Below are positions 1 through 10,765 of a stretch of DNA of 64,000 nt, one piece after another; position 1 is the stretch's first letter; the number at the start of each line of letters is the position of its first letter. Source of the DNA: a virus; IMG/VR virus record IMGVR_UViG_3300043567_001187, positions 1-64,000 of that record; one strand, 5' to 3'. A model generated the notes under the pieces. It was not told the origin of the DNA, did not search any database, and worked only from the letters and a program-made list of their open reading frames with translations. The position numbers and the translations under genes were made by a program.

Positions 1-3000
1 AGTTTAGATCCTAGAGATTTAAGATTTTCTGCGATTGTTGAAGAACTAGGTGGTTTTAGACAAATTGGTAAAGTTATTCCTCTTATTCAACAGTTTGCAG
101 TAGCACAGCAGGCACTTAAAGTTGCTCAACAAGGCCAGGGTATTTTAGCTAAAGACGCCGCTACTGCACAATTAAGTTTAGCAAACCAAATAGCAAAAGT
201 AAGAGAAGAATTTTTAGCATTAATTAGAAGTATTGGTGAAAGTGATAGTTTTAAGAGTTTTGTTAATTTATCACTACAATTAGCTAGCGCCTTAATAAGA
301 GTAGCTGATGCTGCAAAAGATGTACTACCAGCTATTGCCGCTATTAGTACCATTAAAGGTATTTCAGCACTAACTCAATTTGGATCTGGATTTGCTAGAG
401 GATTAACAAGACCACGAGGTTTTGCTACTGGTGGATATGTTCCTGGTAGTGGCAATAGAGATACTGTTCCAGCAATGTTAACTCCCGGCGAGTTTGTTAT
501 TAGAAAAAAGGCTGTAGAAACTATTGGCGTAAACAGACTTCAAAATCTTAATACTGGTGGTGGTGTTCAAAAATTTGCTAGAGGTTCATTTGTTATGCCA
601 AAAGCTAGAGGCGTAGCTGGAGCAAGGGGTGCTAGAAGCAGATTTAAAGATCTCACAGAAGAAGAGTTAGCACAACTTAGCACGGCCGATATGATCAAAT
701 ACGCTAAAGCTCAAGCGCGAGATATATTTAGCTCTGGTGGAGCCGGTATTGCTACAAGCAGCAAATTTATACCAGTATCAAAAGAGAGAATAACACCAGA
801 ATTAGAATCTAGCTTAACAACATACTTAGGACAAAAAGGTTTTTGGAAAGAACAAGTTTCTCCGTTTGGTAAACCAAACAAAATGGCAGTTAAAGCACAA
901 GGTAAAATGTCTAGAGAAGAAGCATTAAAGAAGCAACAATCAAGAATGGCAGACGAAGTTGCTGCTAGATCTCAACAGTGGACTAGTATACGAAGTGGAT
1001 CAGCTATAGATAATTATTTATTGAGTTCTTTAAAAGATCCTATTCTTTCTGATTATAGAACTGTTCGTGGTGGAGGTAGTTTAAGTAAACCATTTTATAA
1101 TACTCGTTTAAGACAAGCTGTTAATAAAAGTTTAGAAAGTTATGATGATTTTGATTATAGCGCCGGTAATATTGATAAACTAGTAAGCAATTTTGCTGCT
1201 AAAAAATTTGCTAGTGGTGGTTTAGTGCAGAAGTTTGCTGAAGGAGGAGCACCATTACGTCAAAAAATGTCTAGAGAAGAAAGAATTCTACAAGGTATGG
1301 ATGGTGGTCAAACCAGGGGTGGGCGTCAAATATATAACTTTGGTGTTGCTGCTTTAAGAAGAGGAGGTAGAAGAGAAGGTGAGCCAGAACCAGCCAGTAT
1401 TTCTATAGAACCATTTACTATACCTGGCAAACCACCTAAAAAGGCTCAATTTTCTATAGGTACTTTATCAACTCAGGGATTAGATAAACAAATTGAATCA
1501 ATATTAAGTAAAGGATTTATAGACTCAGTATCGACTGCTGCTAATACATTAGGAAGTCAAATAGGTAGTAAACCAATAGTAGCAGGAGCAGCTATAAATA
1601 GAATTCTCAAAGGATCAGGATTTCAATCCGTCATAGGTGCTGGATTAGAAGCTTCGATAGCTAGTATAGGATCCCCTTATATTGATAAAACAGAAAAAAC
1701 AAAAATGTTTGATTTTCCACTCGGATTAGGATCACCAGCAACACTTTTTGGTTTACAGCCAAATATTCCAACAGATGTTACTAGAACTATTGGTGGATTT
1801 GGTAAAAATAGAAGTACCCTTAAAGATGCTGCAATTAGATTTGTAAACGCTATTGAGGGTGGCGAATTTACAAAAGCAAGAAAAGATAAAATTAATACAT
1901 ATCTAGAAAAAAGAAAACTAAGAAATGCATCACCGATCACATCAGGCCAGGATAGTTTATTATCATCTATTTTTGATGATCTTGGTTCAGGAACAGTTAG
2001 AGGTGGAGCTGATTTAAGAGCAAAATACGGATTTAATAAATTAACAAAAAAACAAGTATTTGAACAACTACCACTATTATCAGAACTAGAAAGAAAATCA
2101 TTTTTAGAGGAATTTCGCAGAGCAGTGCCAGTTAGACGTAAATTGGCCTCTGGAGGCTCTATCCAGGACACCGTTCCAGCCCTACTTACTCCTGGCGAGT
2201 TTGTTATTAATAAAAAAGCTGCTAGTCGTATAGGAGCATCAAGACTACATAATCTAAATAGGGCAGATAAAATTCAAGGATTTAATAAGGGCGGGGCGGT
2301 TGGTCATGTACAAAAGTTTGCTAGTGGTAGAACTGTGAACCCTGGCGATTTTGAAGCCAGAGTTCAAAGAATATTGATGATGTTAGAACAATTTGAAAAG
2401 AATATCTATGAAGGATCACGGGCGGCAGGACAAACTGCTAGTAAAGCAAAAGAAGCCGCCAGAATAGCTGCCGGTTATAGACTTTCATCTTTAGAAGATA
2501 GTGCTGAAAGTAGAGAAGTATCACGAAGATATGGTCAACAAGGAGCGCCTCAACCAAGCACATTTAGTAGTAGAGCACAACAATATCAACAAGCGTCAAT
2601 GAATGCAGCACCAGGTATTAAACAAGATGCCTTTTGGGCTATGGGTAAATTTAATAGCATAGTCGTTGCAAGTTCTAATGCATTAAATAAATTCGGCACT
2701 ACCGTCATTGGTGTTGCTCAAAATACTGGTAGGTTTGGTTCTCAAATAGCATCGAATCCAATAGGCACCTTCCTTAAGGCCATTGCACAGGCTACAAATG
2801 GACTATATAACTTATCCAAAGCTAGTATCGGCACAATAGGTGGAGCAGGAGCGTCTGCTTTAGGTTTAGGAGGGTATACTACAGGTGCTGGTGGTGCTGG
2901 TTTGGGTTTGGGTAGTTCAAATATGAGACAACAAGCGAGAGCTTTAAGAGCACAAGGATTACGTGGATCAGCACTACGCAATGCTATGATGAATGCTGGC

Positions 3001-6000
3001 GGTGGCGGCGGAGGTATGCTCCCCTATATGTTACCCGTTGTGGGAGGATTAGCGGTTGATAGCATATCTCAAAGATATGGGGGAGAAACTACAGATACAG
3101 GACGTTTCATAGGAAACGTAGGGTCATCAGCAATAAATTATGGTGCAACAGGAGCCATGATAGGCAGCATTATTCCCGGTGTTGGAACAGGTGTTGGTGC
3201 TCTTGCCGGAATCACTTATGGAGTATATGAAGGCTTAACCAAAGTTGAAGAAGCAAGCAAAGAGTATGCTGAAAAAATGCAATCTATGAATATTGAGAGA
3301 GTAGTAGGAGCTAATGCTCAAAATATAAGTTCTTTTGCTTCTAATTCGAATCTAAAAAATAGGGCGGCAGCATTACAAAGTTTACAAAATATATCAGCTG
3401 AAGAAGATAAACTCAATCTTGTCCGATCAAAAACAGATACCGACGCCACTTTTGCTAGAAGAATAGCGTCCTCCCAACAGTCAGGAGGCAATACTGCCGC
3501 ACAATTCTTAAATACTGAAATAATTAGAACAGGCAAAACATATAGCGAATTAGCGTCATCATTAGACCCCTCTGTTGTTAAAAATATTGTAGAAGCAGAT
3601 GAAACTTATGTTAAAGAAAGAGAAAGATATAATAGACTTCTACAAGAACAAAAAGACAGAGGATTAAGTACGGATAGTTCTGCTACGGTTGCCCTACAAA
3701 AAGAACGAGATGAAGCCTTGTCGGGATTAACCAAAGAAACCATTAATAGAGTAACAGCAGAAAGCAGAGCAGCTTTAGAAGCTGAAAAGACAGCTAAACA
3801 ACAAGCTATGTTGCAACAAGCTGTTGAAAGAGTAATGCAAACTTATTCTGACTCTTTTACTGTTTTTGACCAAATTCTTAATCGTTCTTCGGCCAGTATT
3901 GAGCAAATCAATCAAAGATTAGATAAGATATCTCGTGGACTATCAGGATTTTCTGCTACAGCAAAATTAGAAGAAAATATTAACGTATTAAGAAATCCTA
4001 AAGCATTTTCTACTAAGGAAAGAGATGCTGCTTTCTCTAACGCAGCATCATCTTTCCCAGGAATGGAAAAAACCTTCAAACAAATAGCGGATTATGGTAC
4101 TAATGCCGAAAAGGCTGTTAGAGAAAATTTAAAAAGTGTGAATACAGACCGACCAGATCAAGGAGCAGTTAAGCAAGATCAAATAGCTGTTATTAGAAAG
4201 ACTTTTGATAAACAAATAAACGAAGTATTCAAAGGAGATGAAACACTTAAAAGAGCAGTTGAAACCATCTTAGAAGAAGCAACAAAGGATGCTGAAAAAG
4301 GATTTCTTGATATAGATAGTGTTATTAAACAAATAGTAGAATCTACAGGAGGACAACTAGGAACAACAGTAGAGAATCTACTAATCAAATCTCAACAACA
4401 ATTGATAGATACTTTTGATAAAATCAAAGCTAGTGCCCAAGCTATTGCTAATATTAATCAAGAAATTATTGATAGGAATGCCGCTTTTACAGCACAAACA
4501 ACCAATAATAGTATGGCCTATAGAGAAGCGTTGGGACAAAGAATATCTCCTCAAGAAAGATTACGTCTAAATCTCTCTTCGAGTGCTCAAAGATTAGGTA
4601 TAGGCTTGGCCCCTGGTCAAACTTTAAATGCTAATATAATAGCTGATCGTAGAAGTCAGCTAGAACAACAACGAAGTACTAAACAACAAGAATTAGCTAA
4701 ATTAACACCAGACTTAGAAAAAAATAAGTCAGCAGAAGAAGCGGCCAAAGCTATTGATCAGTTGCAACAAGAACTAGCAAAACTAGATAGCGCTATCGAA
4801 ACTACTAATCAGGAGTTAGAAAAATTTGGAAATACTATACAATCTTCTATAGATGAAACTATTAATAAAATAGCCGATAGAGCAAAAGTTTTAGAAGAAA
4901 ATATGTCTTTCAGAAGAGAAGACTATACCTCTCAAATAACCTCTACTCCGGAACAGAGAATAGATGCTGCTACTATTCAAAGACTTACAAGAGATGCTAT
5001 AGGTGGTAACTATAATATTGGCTCGTCTCCTGGTGCTAATAAAGCCTATAACGAATTTATGGCTCCTTATAGACAGGAAATGGTCCGACTACAATCTGTT
5101 GGTGCTCAATTTACTACTCAAGGTATGCAAGAAGTTCAGAGAGTATTAGCAGAAGGAGAAAAAGTTCGTCAACAAGCTTTTGCTCAAGAAATTGAACAAA
5201 TTATCAATAATTTTCAAAGAACCAATAGAGATCCAGAAGATCCTCAACAAAGAGCGCAATTAGGTCAATTATTACAGAATTTAGGAAAAGCTCAAGGTAT
5301 AGATCCGGCACTCATTAAGCAAGTTGCAGAAGAAGCCCAAATGAATGCTCAAGATAGAGCAAATGCAGCAAAGGCTGACCAAAAAATTATAGAATTTACA
5401 GCAGAGCTTAAGACACTATATACTGATCAGGCTACTGCTAATAAAGCTCTAAATGAAGAATCTAATGCTAGAATAATTGCGATACAGAAGGATGTGGTTG
5501 CTCCTACGCTAGAAGCTGTAACAACAAACACAAACCTTCTAAAAGCAGAAATTAAAAGATTAAGTGACGCGGTAACAGCTTTGGCGGCTGCTGGTGGAAA
5601 GCCAGTGCCAGTAGCAGCAGCACCAGCTGTTGTCGCGGGTGGTAACGCTAAGGGTGGATTAATATATGCAAATAGAGGTATGCTAGTTGATTATCAACCA
5701 AAAGGAACCGATACTGTACCCGCTATGTTAACCCCTGGGGAATTTGTTGTAAACAAAGATGCTACCCAAAAGAATTTAGGATTATTAAGAAGTATTAATA
5801 GTGGTTCAAAAGCATATAGTAAGGGTGGAGTAGTTTATGCTGCTAATGGTGGTGAGATATTAGCTAGATATAATGGTGAAGTTAAAAAATGGGAAGAAGA
5901 TTTTGCGGCTAAAAAAGCTCGCTGGACGGATAAACCACCAGAATTTACAACTTGGTTAAGAAATCAAGGATATGATAGTACTGAGCAAGAAAATGCTATC

Positions 6001-9000
6001 AGAGCACGAGGACGATCCAGAACAAGAGCAGTTAGAGATCGACAAAGCTTACAAACATCATATACATCACAAAAACCACCAACATCATCAACAGCTCTAG
6101 ATACATATAATAAATATGGCCCCTCGTCAGATGCTGATATACAGGCAAGGTTCAACACTCCTGTTCCAGAAAGGGGTGGAATTAAAAAGATTGAAAATAA
6201 TAGACTAGGACAAAAAATTTATTACAACGACGGTACGGTAGAACAACTCATACAGAAAGATGAGATTAGTAATCAAAATCAAGCATTAGAAACTTTAGTA
6301 GTAGGACCAGCTATTGGTAAGGGAATAAGTTTAGCGGCTAAAGGATTATCAAGATTTATCCCCAAAAAAATTAAATCATCAGTAACCACTACAACACAAG
6401 AAGCAGATTCTCTTACTCCAGATGCTTATAAATGGTTTTCACCAGAAACAGCAGATCCTGATAATATACGCGACTTTGTAAAAGCTGGTTTAAATATACC
6501 TGAAGCCAAAGCTGCCAGAGCTAGTGGATACAGATTACTCAAAAGAGCTAATCAAATAGATCTGGTTGATTCTAATGGTAACACTATTAGAAGATTAACA
6601 TATGGTGGAGAACCTTTAAACCCCACTATGGCTCAGGCAACCAGAGCTGCTATAAGAGAGGCTCGTCGATATAATCAAGAGGCTATGTTACCGCGTCGTC
6701 CTCGCCAGCCCGTAACCACTAATAGCTCACCAAGAGTGGCAACAACCACAGGTGCTGTTGCAGCAGCAGGGGTAATTGGAACAGGAATAGGGACTGTTGG
6801 TAACAGATTCTCTTCGAATCAACAGCCTAGTTCAACAACTACAGCATCTAGACAAGACGTTGTTGTTAGACCCACAAGTAGAACAGAGCCAAAAAAACCA
6901 CCCAAACCAGTTGTTTCTGACAATAATCGTGGCATAATAAGAGAAGAAGTTCCATCAGTAACAAAGCCAGAGGTATATGGTGCTCATCCCGCCACGGCAT
7001 CACTTAGTCCTTTTAATTTTGAGGATATAGATCCTACTGGCTCATACGACTATTATAAAGCCGCACTAGCGAGACTTGATAGCGAATTAAAAACAGTTCC
7101 AAAGGTATTATTCTATACTACAGATTGGTATAGGAATGTACAAGATGCTAATTATCAATATTATAAAGCAATGGAAGAAAAAGCAAAATATAGATTTGGT
7201 GAACCAGATCATATTAGATTTATAGAAAGCGAAAGAGCCAGAATACTGCAACAATATCAGGATAAAAAAGCTTTAGTTATGAAAAGAATTAGTGAAACTG
7301 CTAGTCCTTTTGATCCTGAATATAAACCAGCAGCCGCTATGCAAAATGAAAAAGAGGCTAATCCTATGCCTCAAACAGCGCCAAGTTCACGCAACGATGC
7401 TAGGTCCGAAGTTAGAAAACCAAGAAATGCTAAAGAAGCAAGACAAATGGAAGCTGAAAGACTAGATAAAGCAGGAATAGACTCACAAGCAGTGAATCTT
7501 GATCGTAGCGCTAAAGAAGCCATGTTTAAAAAACATTTTGAAGCTATTAATAAGCAGATCAATATACCTATAAGTAATAAACTAGCATATCTTACTCAGA
7601 TAGCTAATGATCCACGTTTTGTTGGTAATCCTGACTTACCAGAAATAAATAGAAAAATTAATGGTTTAAGCGGCTTACTTATTAGTGAAGGTATGCTTAA
7701 AGCTGCATATGGTTTATACAGAATACCAGAAATAGTTCCAGATATAGCAAAGGCTCAACAAGAAATTACAAATAGGGTAAAAGCGGCCAGCGCATTATTA
7801 AAATTCTCAGGATCTCGTAGAGAATTTTTACAAACCGGTGTCCCAGTCGCCGCACAAAACAGATCAAAGGGTGGATTAATTTATGCTAGTAATGGAATGA
7901 TGGTTCCTTATGAACCCAAAGGAACAGATACGGTGCCTGCTATGCTTACTCCAGGAGAGTTTGTTGTAAATAGAGAATCAACACAGAAAAATTTAGGACT
8001 ATTAAAAGCTATTAACAAAGCTCGTGGCGGAAAGATCTCTATGGAAGAGTTACAAATGCTAACGGGGACTTCGAGAGCAGGATTTTATACTATTTCTCCT
8101 GATGACCCAATGTTTATTGATGGATCTTCTATGAGATCAAGACCATGGGCTAGGGGCGGAGAAAAAGAAGCAACAGACCAGTATTACTATATGCAAAAAC
8201 TTTTTGAGGAATATTGGTCTAAACCTCAAATGAGAAGATATAGAAGTACTCCTGAAGGTCAAGCAAAATATGATAAAATGCGTAAAATGATAGCAACCGG
8301 TTTTGGACTTGATGCTGTAGGTCGGCCAGTTTTTAACAATCCTTTTAGTAAGTATGGAGATCCAGCATCACACGCTAAAGATTTAGAAACTATATTCGGC
8401 AGATTACCGCAGGGGATGAGCTATTCTTCTTCCACTAATGCTGCTGGGGGTAATGCATTAATGAATCAGTGGAGAAGTAATGGTGGATTAATCTATGCTA
8501 GTCAAGGTCAATTAGTCAATTATCAACCAAGAGGTAGCGATACTGTTCCCGCTATGCTTACTCCTGGAGAATTTGTCGTTAATAAAGAATCAACACAAAA
8601 AAATCTGGGCCTATTAACTGCTATTAATAAGAGTCGTGGTGGCGTAATCTATGCTAGAGATGGAGTAGAAGTTGGCGCTGGTAGTAATTCGTCTTATGGA
8701 AGTATGGGTGCTACTACCGTTAATTTTAGCATTCCACAAGATATTAAAGATCAGCTATCATCGTTAACTATGATTAAACTAGATCCCGCGGCGATAACAT
8801 CTCTTAATTCGTTCAAAACAGATTTTAGTAATATAGTACAAAGGTTAAACAATCTTAATATTAATATTCCAGCAAAAATTGAGATGGTTGGAACTCATCA
8901 GGTTAATGTTACTATAGATGCTCCTGCTCTAGAAAACATGATTCCTGGTATAGAGAGTATGGTAGCATCATCAGTATCTAGTAAGATGGAACAAATTTGG

Positions 9001-9048
9001 AATCAAAGTGGCGGTGAACTAGGACCTACTCCAACAATGTACGGATAA
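1..9048 (+). CDS. Giant tail tape-measure protein (5' end outside window)
   Basis: Frame of ORF 475..9048 is open back to base 1 (SLDPRDLRFSAIVEELGGFRQIGKVIPLI...); long helical/coiled-coil and Gly/Ala-rich hydrophobic segments; TMP-type GG...DTVPAMLTPGEFV motifs; followed by tail-like genes. Confidence 0.85.
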   Translation, partial: SLDPRDLRFSAIVEELGGFRQIGKVIPLIQQFAVAQQALKVAQQGQGILAKDAATAQLSLANQIAKVREEFLALIRSIGESDSFKSFVNLSLQLASALIRVADAAKDVLPAIAAISTIKGISALTQFGSGFARGLTRPRGFATGGYVPGSGNRDTVPAMLTPGEFVIRKKAVETIGVNRLQNLNTGGGVQKFARGSFVMPKARGVAGARGARSRFKDLTEEELAQLSTADMIKYAKAQARDIFSSGGAGIATSSKFIPVSKERITPELESSLTTYLGQKGFWKEQVSPFGKPNKMAVKAQGKMSREEALKKQQSRMADEVAARSQQWTSIRSGSAIDNYLLSSLKDPILSDYRTVRGGGSLSKPFYNTRLRQAVNKSLESYDDFDYSAGNIDKLVSNFAAKKFASGGLVQKFAEGGAPLRQKMSREERILQGMDGGQTRGGRQIYNFGVAALRRGGRREGEPEPASISIEPFTIPGKPPKKAQFSIGTLSTQGLDKQIESILSKGFIDSVSTAANTLGSQIGSKPIVAGAAINRILKGSGFQSVIGAGLEASIASIGSPYIDKTEKTKMFDFPLGLGSPATLFGLQPNIPTDVTRTIGGFGKNRSTLKDAAIRFVNAIEGGEFTKARKDKINTYLEKRKLRNASPITSGQDSLLSSIFDDLGSGTVRGGADLRAKYGFNKLTKKQVFEQLPLLSELERKSFLEEFRRAVPVRRKLASGGSIQDTVPALLTPGEFVINKKAASRIGASRLHNLNRADKIQGFNKGGAVGHVQKFASGRTVNPGDFEARVQRILMMLEQFEKNIYEGSRAAGQTASKAKEAARIAAGYRLSSLEDSAESREVSRRYGQQGAPQPSTFSSRAQQYQQASMNAAPGIKQDAFWAMGKFNSIVVASSNALNKFGTTVIGVAQNTGRFGSQIASNPIGTFLKAIAQATNGLYNLSKASIGTIGGAGASALGLGGYTTGAGGAGLGLGSSNMRQQARALRAQGLRGSALRNAMMNAGGGGGGMLPYMLPVVGGLAVDSISQRYGGETTDTGRFIGNVGSSAINYGATGAMIGSIIPGVGTGVGALAGITYGVYEGLTKVEEASKEYAEKMQSMNIERVVGANAQNISSFASNSNLKNRAAALQSLQNISAEEDKLNLVRSKTDTDATFARRIASSQQSGGNTAAQFLNTEIIRTGKTYSELASSLDPSVVKNIVEADETYVKERERYNRLLQEQKDRGLSTDSSATVALQKERDEALSGLTKETINRVTAESRAALEAEKTAKQQAMLQQAVERVMQTYSDSFTVFDQILNRSSASIEQINQRLDKISRGLSGFSATAKLEENINVLRNPKAFSTKERDAAFSNAASSFPGMEKTFKQIADYGTNAEKAVRENLKSVNTDRPDQGAVKQDQIAVIRKTFDKQINEVFKGDETLKRAVETILEEATKDAEKGFLDIDSVIKQIVESTGGQLGTTVENLLIKSQQQLIDTFDKIKASAQAIANINQEIIDRNAAFTAQTTNNSMAYREALGQRISPQERLRLNLSSSAQRLGIGLAPGQTLNANIIADRRSQLEQQRSTKQQELAKLTPDLEKNKSAEEAAKAIDQLQQELAKLDSAIETTNQELEKFGNTIQSSIDETINKIADRAKVLEENMSFRREDYTSQITSTPEQRIDAATIQRLTRDAIGGNYNIGSSPGANKAYNEFMAPYRQEMVRLQSVGAQFTTQGMQEVQRVLAEGEKVRQQAFAQEIEQIINNFQRTNRDPEDPQQRAQLGQLLQNLGKAQGIDPALIKQVAEEAQMNAQDRANAAKADQKIIEFTAELKTLYTDQATANKALNEESNARIIAIQKDVVAPTLEAVTTNTNLLKAEIKRLSDAVTALAAAGGKPVPVAAAPAVVAGGNAKGGLIYANRGMLVDYQPKGTDTVPAMLTPGEFVVNKDATQKNLGLLRSINSGSKAYSKGGVVYAANGGEILARYNGEVKKWEEDFAAKKARWTDKPPEFTTWLRNQGYDSTEQENAIRARGRSRTRAVRDRQSLQTSYTSQKPPTSSTALDTYNKYGPSSDADIQARFNTPVPERGGIKKIENNRLGQKIYYNDGTVEQLIQKDEISNQNQALETLVVGPAIGKGISLAAKGLSRFIPKKIKSSVTTTTQEADSLTPDAYKWFSPETADPDNIRDFVKAGLNIPEAKAARASGYRLLKRANQIDLVDSNGNTIRRLTYGGEPLNPTMAQATRAAIREARRYNQEAMLPRRPRQPVTTNSSPRVATTTGAVAAAGVIGTGIGTVGNRFSSNQQPSSTTTASRQDVVVRPTSRTEPKKPPKPVVSDNNRGIIREEVPSVTKPEVYGAHPATASLSPFNFEDIDPTGSYDYYKAALARLDSELKTVPKVLFYTTDWYRNVQDANYQYYKAMEEKAKYRFGEPDHIRFIESERARILQQYQDKKALVMKRISETASPFDPEYKPAAAMQNEKEANPMPQTAPSSRNDARSEVRKPRNAKEARQMEAERLDKAGIDSQAVNLDRSAKEAMFKKHFEAINKQINIPISNKLAYLTQIANDPRFVGNPDLPEINRKINGLSGLLISEGMLKAAYGLYRIPEIVPDIAKAQQEITNRVKAASALLKFSGSRREFLQTGVPVAAQNRSKGGLIYASNGMMVPYEPKGTDTVPAMLTPGEFVVNRESTQKNLGLLKAINKARGGKISMEELQMLTGTSRAGFYTISPDDPMFIDGSSMRSRPWARGGEKEATDQYYYMQKLFEEYWSKPQMRRYRSTPEGQAKYDKMRKMIATGFGLDAVGRPVFNNPFSKYGDPASHAKDLETIFGRLPQGMSYSSSTNAAGGNALMNQWRSNGGLIYASQGQLVNYQPRGSDTVPAMLTPGEFVVNKESTQKNLGLLTAINKSRGGVIYARDGVEVGAGSNSSYGSMGATTVNFSIPQDIKDQLSSLTMIKLDPAAITSLNSFKTDFSNIVQRLNNLNINIPAKIEMVGTHQVNVTIDAPALENMIPGIESMVASSVSSKMEQIWNQSGGELGPTPTMYG
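460..501 (+). repeat. DTVPAMLTPGEFVI motif copy 1
   Basis: Read directly in translation. Confidence 0.95.
2167..2208 (+). repeat. DTVPALLTPGEFVI motif copy 2
   Basis: Read directly in translation. Confidence 0.95.
5710..5751 (+). repeat. DTVPAMLTPGEFVV motif copy 3
   Basis: Core of a ~55-aa repeat GGLIYA..G..V.YQPKG.DTVPAMLTPGEFVVN...TQKNLGLL..IN. Confidence 0.95.
7927..7968 (+). repeat. DTVPAMLTPGEFVV motif copy 4
   Basis: Same ~55-aa repeat, synonymous divergence at DNA level. Confidence 0.95.
8539..8580 (+). repeat. DTVPAMLTPGEFVV motif copy 5
   Basis: Same ~55-aa repeat. Confidence 0.95.
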
Positions 9049-9052
9049 TATT

Positions 9053-10765
9053 ATGAGTTATGACCCTCCAGTAAAACTATACTATGCAGCAAATAATGAG
9101 TCTACTAGTGAAGACTGTAGATTAGTTCCAGCACCACAAATCAGTATTAGTCCAGAAATATATTATGCAAATAATATAGCAATAGGATATACTTTTAATG
9201 TAACGTTAAATGGTTATGCTACTTCTTTAGACCTTAGAAATCCAGCTCCTAGTGCGATTTTTTCAGATACCCTAGAATCTATTCAAAATATAAAAAATCT
9301 TTTTTTTGTTAATAATGGCACTTTACTTATCACTAACAACGGTAGTGAAATTTTAAAAGGTACTGGAGGCATAGTAAAAAGTATACAGTTTGAAGAATCT
9401 GATAATCAATGGATTAATTATGCTCCGTATACTATAGAACTAGAACTGAACGAATTAAATATTGGAAGCTGTGGTGGTGCCCCATCTTTTGCTTGTGGAA
9501 ATATCCCAGAAGGTATAGTAGAAACACCAGAATTAGTTGATATGACTAAATATAAAATTAAATCTTTTGAAGATAGTTGGAGTATTACTTTAGATGAAAA
9601 TATTTATAGTAGCCATAGCGGGATTGATAATCAGTACTTTAACTTAGAATACAATGTTAGCGCTATAGGCAAACATTACTTTAATGGTCAAAACTTATTA
9701 CCAGCTTGGGAACAAGCTAAAAACTTTTGTCAAGATAGATTAACTAAACAAATCAATAGTTTAACTGATCAATGCTTAGACGGAGAAACAACAGAAGGAT
9801 GTGAAGGCACTACGTTATCTAATGCTTTTATAACTTCTGATGGTAACGGCATACTATCAGAAATAAACCTAGATTCTAGTTATGATATTTTTAATGAAAG
9901 CGCTAGTGTAGAAGCTTCAGAAGCTGAAGGTTCTTTCAAAATTAACTATAAAAGCATAATAAAAAAAAGAGGAAGTGCTGAAAAAGCTATTCATACTTTT
10001 ATAGTAACTAAAAAAATATCAGATGACGAGAACGGAAAAATTATTTCATACAATATTTCAGGCTCAATACAGGGGTTGATCCCTGGAGCTTTAATAAGAA
10101 AAGAAAGTCATTTAAAACTACCATCGTATGGAACAGTAATTGAAAGCACTACTTTCAACGGCGATTCTAAGTATAGTAATGCTTATAGTTATTATATCTC
10201 TAATGTAGGAGATAATAAAACTTTACTAGTAGATTTTGTTAGAGATAAAATAAATAATAATGATATTAATATCACATACGCAGGATTAGGAATATCAGGA
10301 TGTTCTGATCCTACTACAGCTCCAGACAGATGTACATCTTTTTCTTTAACGCATGACAATATCAAAGGGATAATATCTTATGAAGCCGAATATGATGGAT
10401 CTAAAATATTAAGCTTAATAGATAAAATTCCTATAAAAACATATAGCTTATCCATAGAAGAACCATTGCCTATGACGGCAGAATTTATAATCCCTGGAAG
10501 AAGCGGTGGTCCGGTGATACAATTGCTAGATATCGAAACCCCACGCAAATACACATTATCGGTGGAAGGATTAGAGACACCAAACTTGTGCAACACAACG
10601 AATATAAGTTCTTTGGTTTCCGGCGCCTGTAATGGAGACTATGCTATAGATAGCGTTGGTATTCCTAATATAGACTTAGGCACTGTTTTCTTAATAGAAG
10701 AAAAATACAAAAAAGGATTTAATGGTACTTATACTCTTAATAGGACTTATATAGAATATGAGTAA
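9053..10765 (+). CDS. Putative tail/baseplate protein, paralog A
   Basis: 570 aa, beta-rich, directly after TMP; shares blocks with the next ORF. Confidence 0.55.
   Translation: MSYDPPVKLYYAANNESTSEDCRLVPAPQISISPEIYYANNIAIGYTFNVTLNGYATSLDLRNPAPSAIFSDTLESIQNIKNLFFVNNGTLLITNNGSEILKGTGGIVKSIQFEESDNQWINYAPYTIELELNELNIGSCGGAPSFACGNIPEGIVETPELVDMTKYKIKSFEDSWSITLDENIYSSHSGIDNQYFNLEYNVSAIGKHYFNGQNLLPAWEQAKNFCQDRLTKQINSLTDQCLDGETTEGCEGTTLSNAFITSDGNGILSEINLDSSYDIFNESASVEASEAEGSFKINYKSIIKKRGSAEKAIHTFIVTKKISDDENGKIISYNISGSIQGLIPGALIRKESHLKLPSYGTVIESTTFNGDSKYSNAYSYYISNVGDNKTLLVDFVRDKINNNDINITYAGLGISGCSDPTTAPDRCTSFSLTHDNIKGIISYEAEYDGSKILSLIDKIPIKTYSLSIEEPLPMTAEFIIPGRSGGPVIQLLDIETPRKYTLSVEGLETPNLCNTTNISSLVSGACNGDYAIDSVGIPNIDLGTVFLIEEKYKKGFNGTYTLNRTYIEYE

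Noticed and set aside
5650-8640. TMP repeats as DGR template/variable repeats
   Set aside because: Differences are mostly synonymous and not adenine-specific; no reverse transcriptase in the window
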